Made by a program: the position numbers and the translations under genes. The notes beneath the pieces are model-generated. The model was not told where the DNA came from and did no database searches. It was given only the letters and a program-made list of their open reading frames with translations. Positions 61,801-64,000 of a stretch of DNA of 64,000 bases are shown here, piece by piece. Source of the DNA: Tubulanus polymorphus (Eukaryota; Animalia; Nemertea); NCBI RefSeq assembly GCF_964204645.1, contig NC_134026.1:17704150-17768149 (forward strand), in the 5' to 3' direction. Each line of letters starts with the position of its first letter. The first letter of the stretch is position 1.

Positions 61801-64000
61801 TTTCTTTCCGATACTATGAAAACAATCAGAAGTTTTTGAATTATATTTGATTATTTGAATTTTACAGTATGTGCCTGTGCGCGGAGATTGTGTGATAGGA
61901 ATTGTAACACAGAAAGCTGGAGATATATTCAGAGTTGATATTGGAGGCAGTGAACTCGCATCACTTTCATATTTAACATTTGAAGGAGCGACAAAACGGA
62001 ATCGCCCTGATGTCAAGGTTGGTTTAGTAATGTGTTTGTCCAAACAACTGGCTGATTGATAATCTTACACAGGGCCGGATCCAAACGGTATTTTCCATCT
62101 TTTCAAATATGATCCAATTTTTTTTGCCCTTCCGAAAGTCAGCAAGAAATTCTTTTGATCCACCCGCTGGCACCATATCTCTGGTTGGGGAAATGGCTGT
62201 CAGATATGCACCATATAGGAATGAAATTTTCAAATAGTCGTCGAAGCACCCTCGAGTCATTGACTTTGCACTAGTTACTCAATGCATGCATCAGTCTTCT
62301 ATCTGCAATCTTTCAGCAAAAGATTATTTATTACTTTTTTTCCAATTTTTAATCATCCAGAAATCATGCCTTCGGGGCTTTACCTTGATAACAAACAAAC
62401 AAATAATCTACATACCGGTATACATTGTAGATACACAGATGGTTTAGGGCTGCAATTTGCCTTAACTGAAATCCTTTCAAGTCGTATTGTCACTTGATTC
62501 TGGTAGCTACTGTAGTTTCTATGGTTGACTCTTTATATTGATTCAATATGTACTGCAAATTTTACAGGTTGGTGATCTAGTTTATGCTAAATTACTTGTG
62601 GCAACAAAAGATATGGAACCAGAGCTAGTGTGTATGAACAGTCAAGGAAAAAGTGGAGGCTTTGGTGTGATAGGAGATGGAGGATTATTGATTCACTGTT
62701 CTCTAAACTTGGTCAGAAAGTATGTACAAGCCAAAAAAATTAATTATATACACACACGCACACGCGTATATATAAAGTAGGAATTTCGGAACTATTTATT
62801 GGCCGGACAGAACCCTACATTTGATGAACCTGACTGGTTGTATAGGATATTCCTGGGGATAGTAAACCCCCGAGTCTAGACAATAACTATTAACTGTCAT
62901 CAGCAGCAAAAAAAAGTTCTAAGGTATCATCAGTACTGTATCGCCAGGAATATCCTGTGAAACCAGTCAGGCTCATAGAAATGAATATAGCGTTCTGTCC
63001 GGCCATGGAAAAAGGATACAATTTTCAAAGTGTGAAGAAAAAGTTGAAATTGTTACCAACAAGGTACATCATCATGCAGTAGTAATAATAACAATCATTT
63101 CAAGTCTCATTTTGCTTCTAAATAATGATGCACGGAAAAAAAATGGATTGGTCTAACCACAACATCAATATATAGTTGACCTCACCTTACTCGCACATGG
63201 CCATCTCAGATTTTATGATGCTTAACTCTGCCCAGCAAGATGATCAGCAAATACAAGTTGGCCATGCCCGAGTAAGGTGAGGTCTTCTGGAGTACATGTA
63301 CCAATATACCAACCTGTCACTATAACTCATCATGTTTAAGAACAGAGCGCAGAGAATTACCAATTGGATTAATTTCATCTGAATGCAACTCCCATTTACT
63401 TAGAACTAGAGTTGAATTCTATTAACCCTTTCAGTGCGTATACACCCCATAGTGGTGTATAAATTGGTGATTGACTTTGCAGGTACACCACACACTGTAT
63501 AATGGTGTATCGATGTAATTAATAAACATTTTTATCTCTAATGAAAGATGGCAGCACCTGTCAAACACAGTTAGATATAAGTAACTAACAATTCACCACA
63601 GCAGACGTGTTATAGCTGATGCCTGTTATTTGATGCACTGGGCTGGAATTTTTCACACATTTTCAAATTATCTCCAGCCCTTTAGGGTATTAGATAGTCA
63701 GCACTGAAAGGGTTAAGTCGTCATGCGGATTATGTCTTTGACAGCGATGGTCCCAGCCTATTTGATTTGAACTTTGTCTGGAATGTTCATACAGACGGTA
63801 AAGATTCAATACCATTTTGTCTTTACAGGGTACTGTCACCAGAATGTCCTCTATTGAAGTTACTGGGAAAATCGATGCCATACGAAACGGCAATAGGAAT
63901 GAATGGTCGTGTATGGATTAAAGGACGTTCAACAGTTGAGACAATTGCATTGGCTAATGGTATTTCAGACGCTGAGTTTATCACTAATGATAAATGTAAA
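58619..64000 (+). CDS. EXOSC3: Exosome complex component RRP40 (3' end beyond window)
   Basis: Exons 58619-58807, 61868-62017, 62568-62719, 63829->64000. Motifs [58 protein letters not shown]. Confidence 0.95.
59127..60008 (+). mobile_element. hAT-like deletion derivative retaining the transposase N-terminal zinc finger
   Basis: TIR CAGAGATGCTAG / CTAGCATCTCTG, subterminal TTCCGGAA repeats. ORF from 59578 with F.W.WL...AYCVVC...[12 protein letters not shown]. Confidence 0.7.
60009..60758. repeat. TGTAAC-rich minisatellite with higher-order units
   Basis: Repeated AAAGTGAAATATGTGTAACGCTATGTAACACCCTGTAACAAGGGTGTAAC units. Confidence 0.9.
61868..62017 (+). CDS. EXOSC3: EXOSC3 exon 2
   Basis: [13 protein letters not shown]...[13 protein letters not shown] (S1 domain). 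Confidence 0.93.
62568..62719 (+). CDS. EXOSC3: EXOSC3 exon 3
   Basis: [22 protein letters not shown]...SLNLVR. Confidence 0.93.
63426..63712. mobile_element. piggyBac-type MITE
   Basis: TTAA-CCCTTTCAGTGC ... GCACTGAAAGGG-TTAA. Confidence 0.8.
63829..64000 (+). CDS. EXOSC3: EXOSC3 exon 4 (partial)
   Basis: VLSPECPLL...[14 protein letters not shown] (KH domain). Confidence 0.92.

Overview
AT-rich animal genomic DNA, probably from a marine invertebrate (inferred from spliceosomal GT-AG introns, the gene set and the repeat types). Three host genes can be assembled by hand. A calcyphosin-like EF-hand gene (CAPSL-like, minus strand, 4 exons, 208 aa). CARM1/PRMT4 (minus strand, 14 coding exons, about 568 aa, 24517-58270). 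EXOSC3/RRP40 (plus strand, head-to-head with CARM1, running off the window end). CARM1 introns hold two near-identical DIRS-type tyrosine-recombinase retrotransposons with complementary lesions, Helentron-type repeats carrying periodic CTCF-consensus motifs, several MITEs and a long CTG tract. The most unusual part is the first 15 kb. It contains a 4.63-kb element with 1789-bp gene-containing terminal inverted repeats, AGT...ACT ends and a perfect 6-bp target-site duplication, but no replication, integration or capsid genes; it looks like an integrated copy-back derivative of a Polinton/Maverick. Three more related termini follow, two of them folded into asymmetric hairpins, along with a decayed Polinton-type minor capsid gene. 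All identifications come from reading motifs by eye; no database searches were run.
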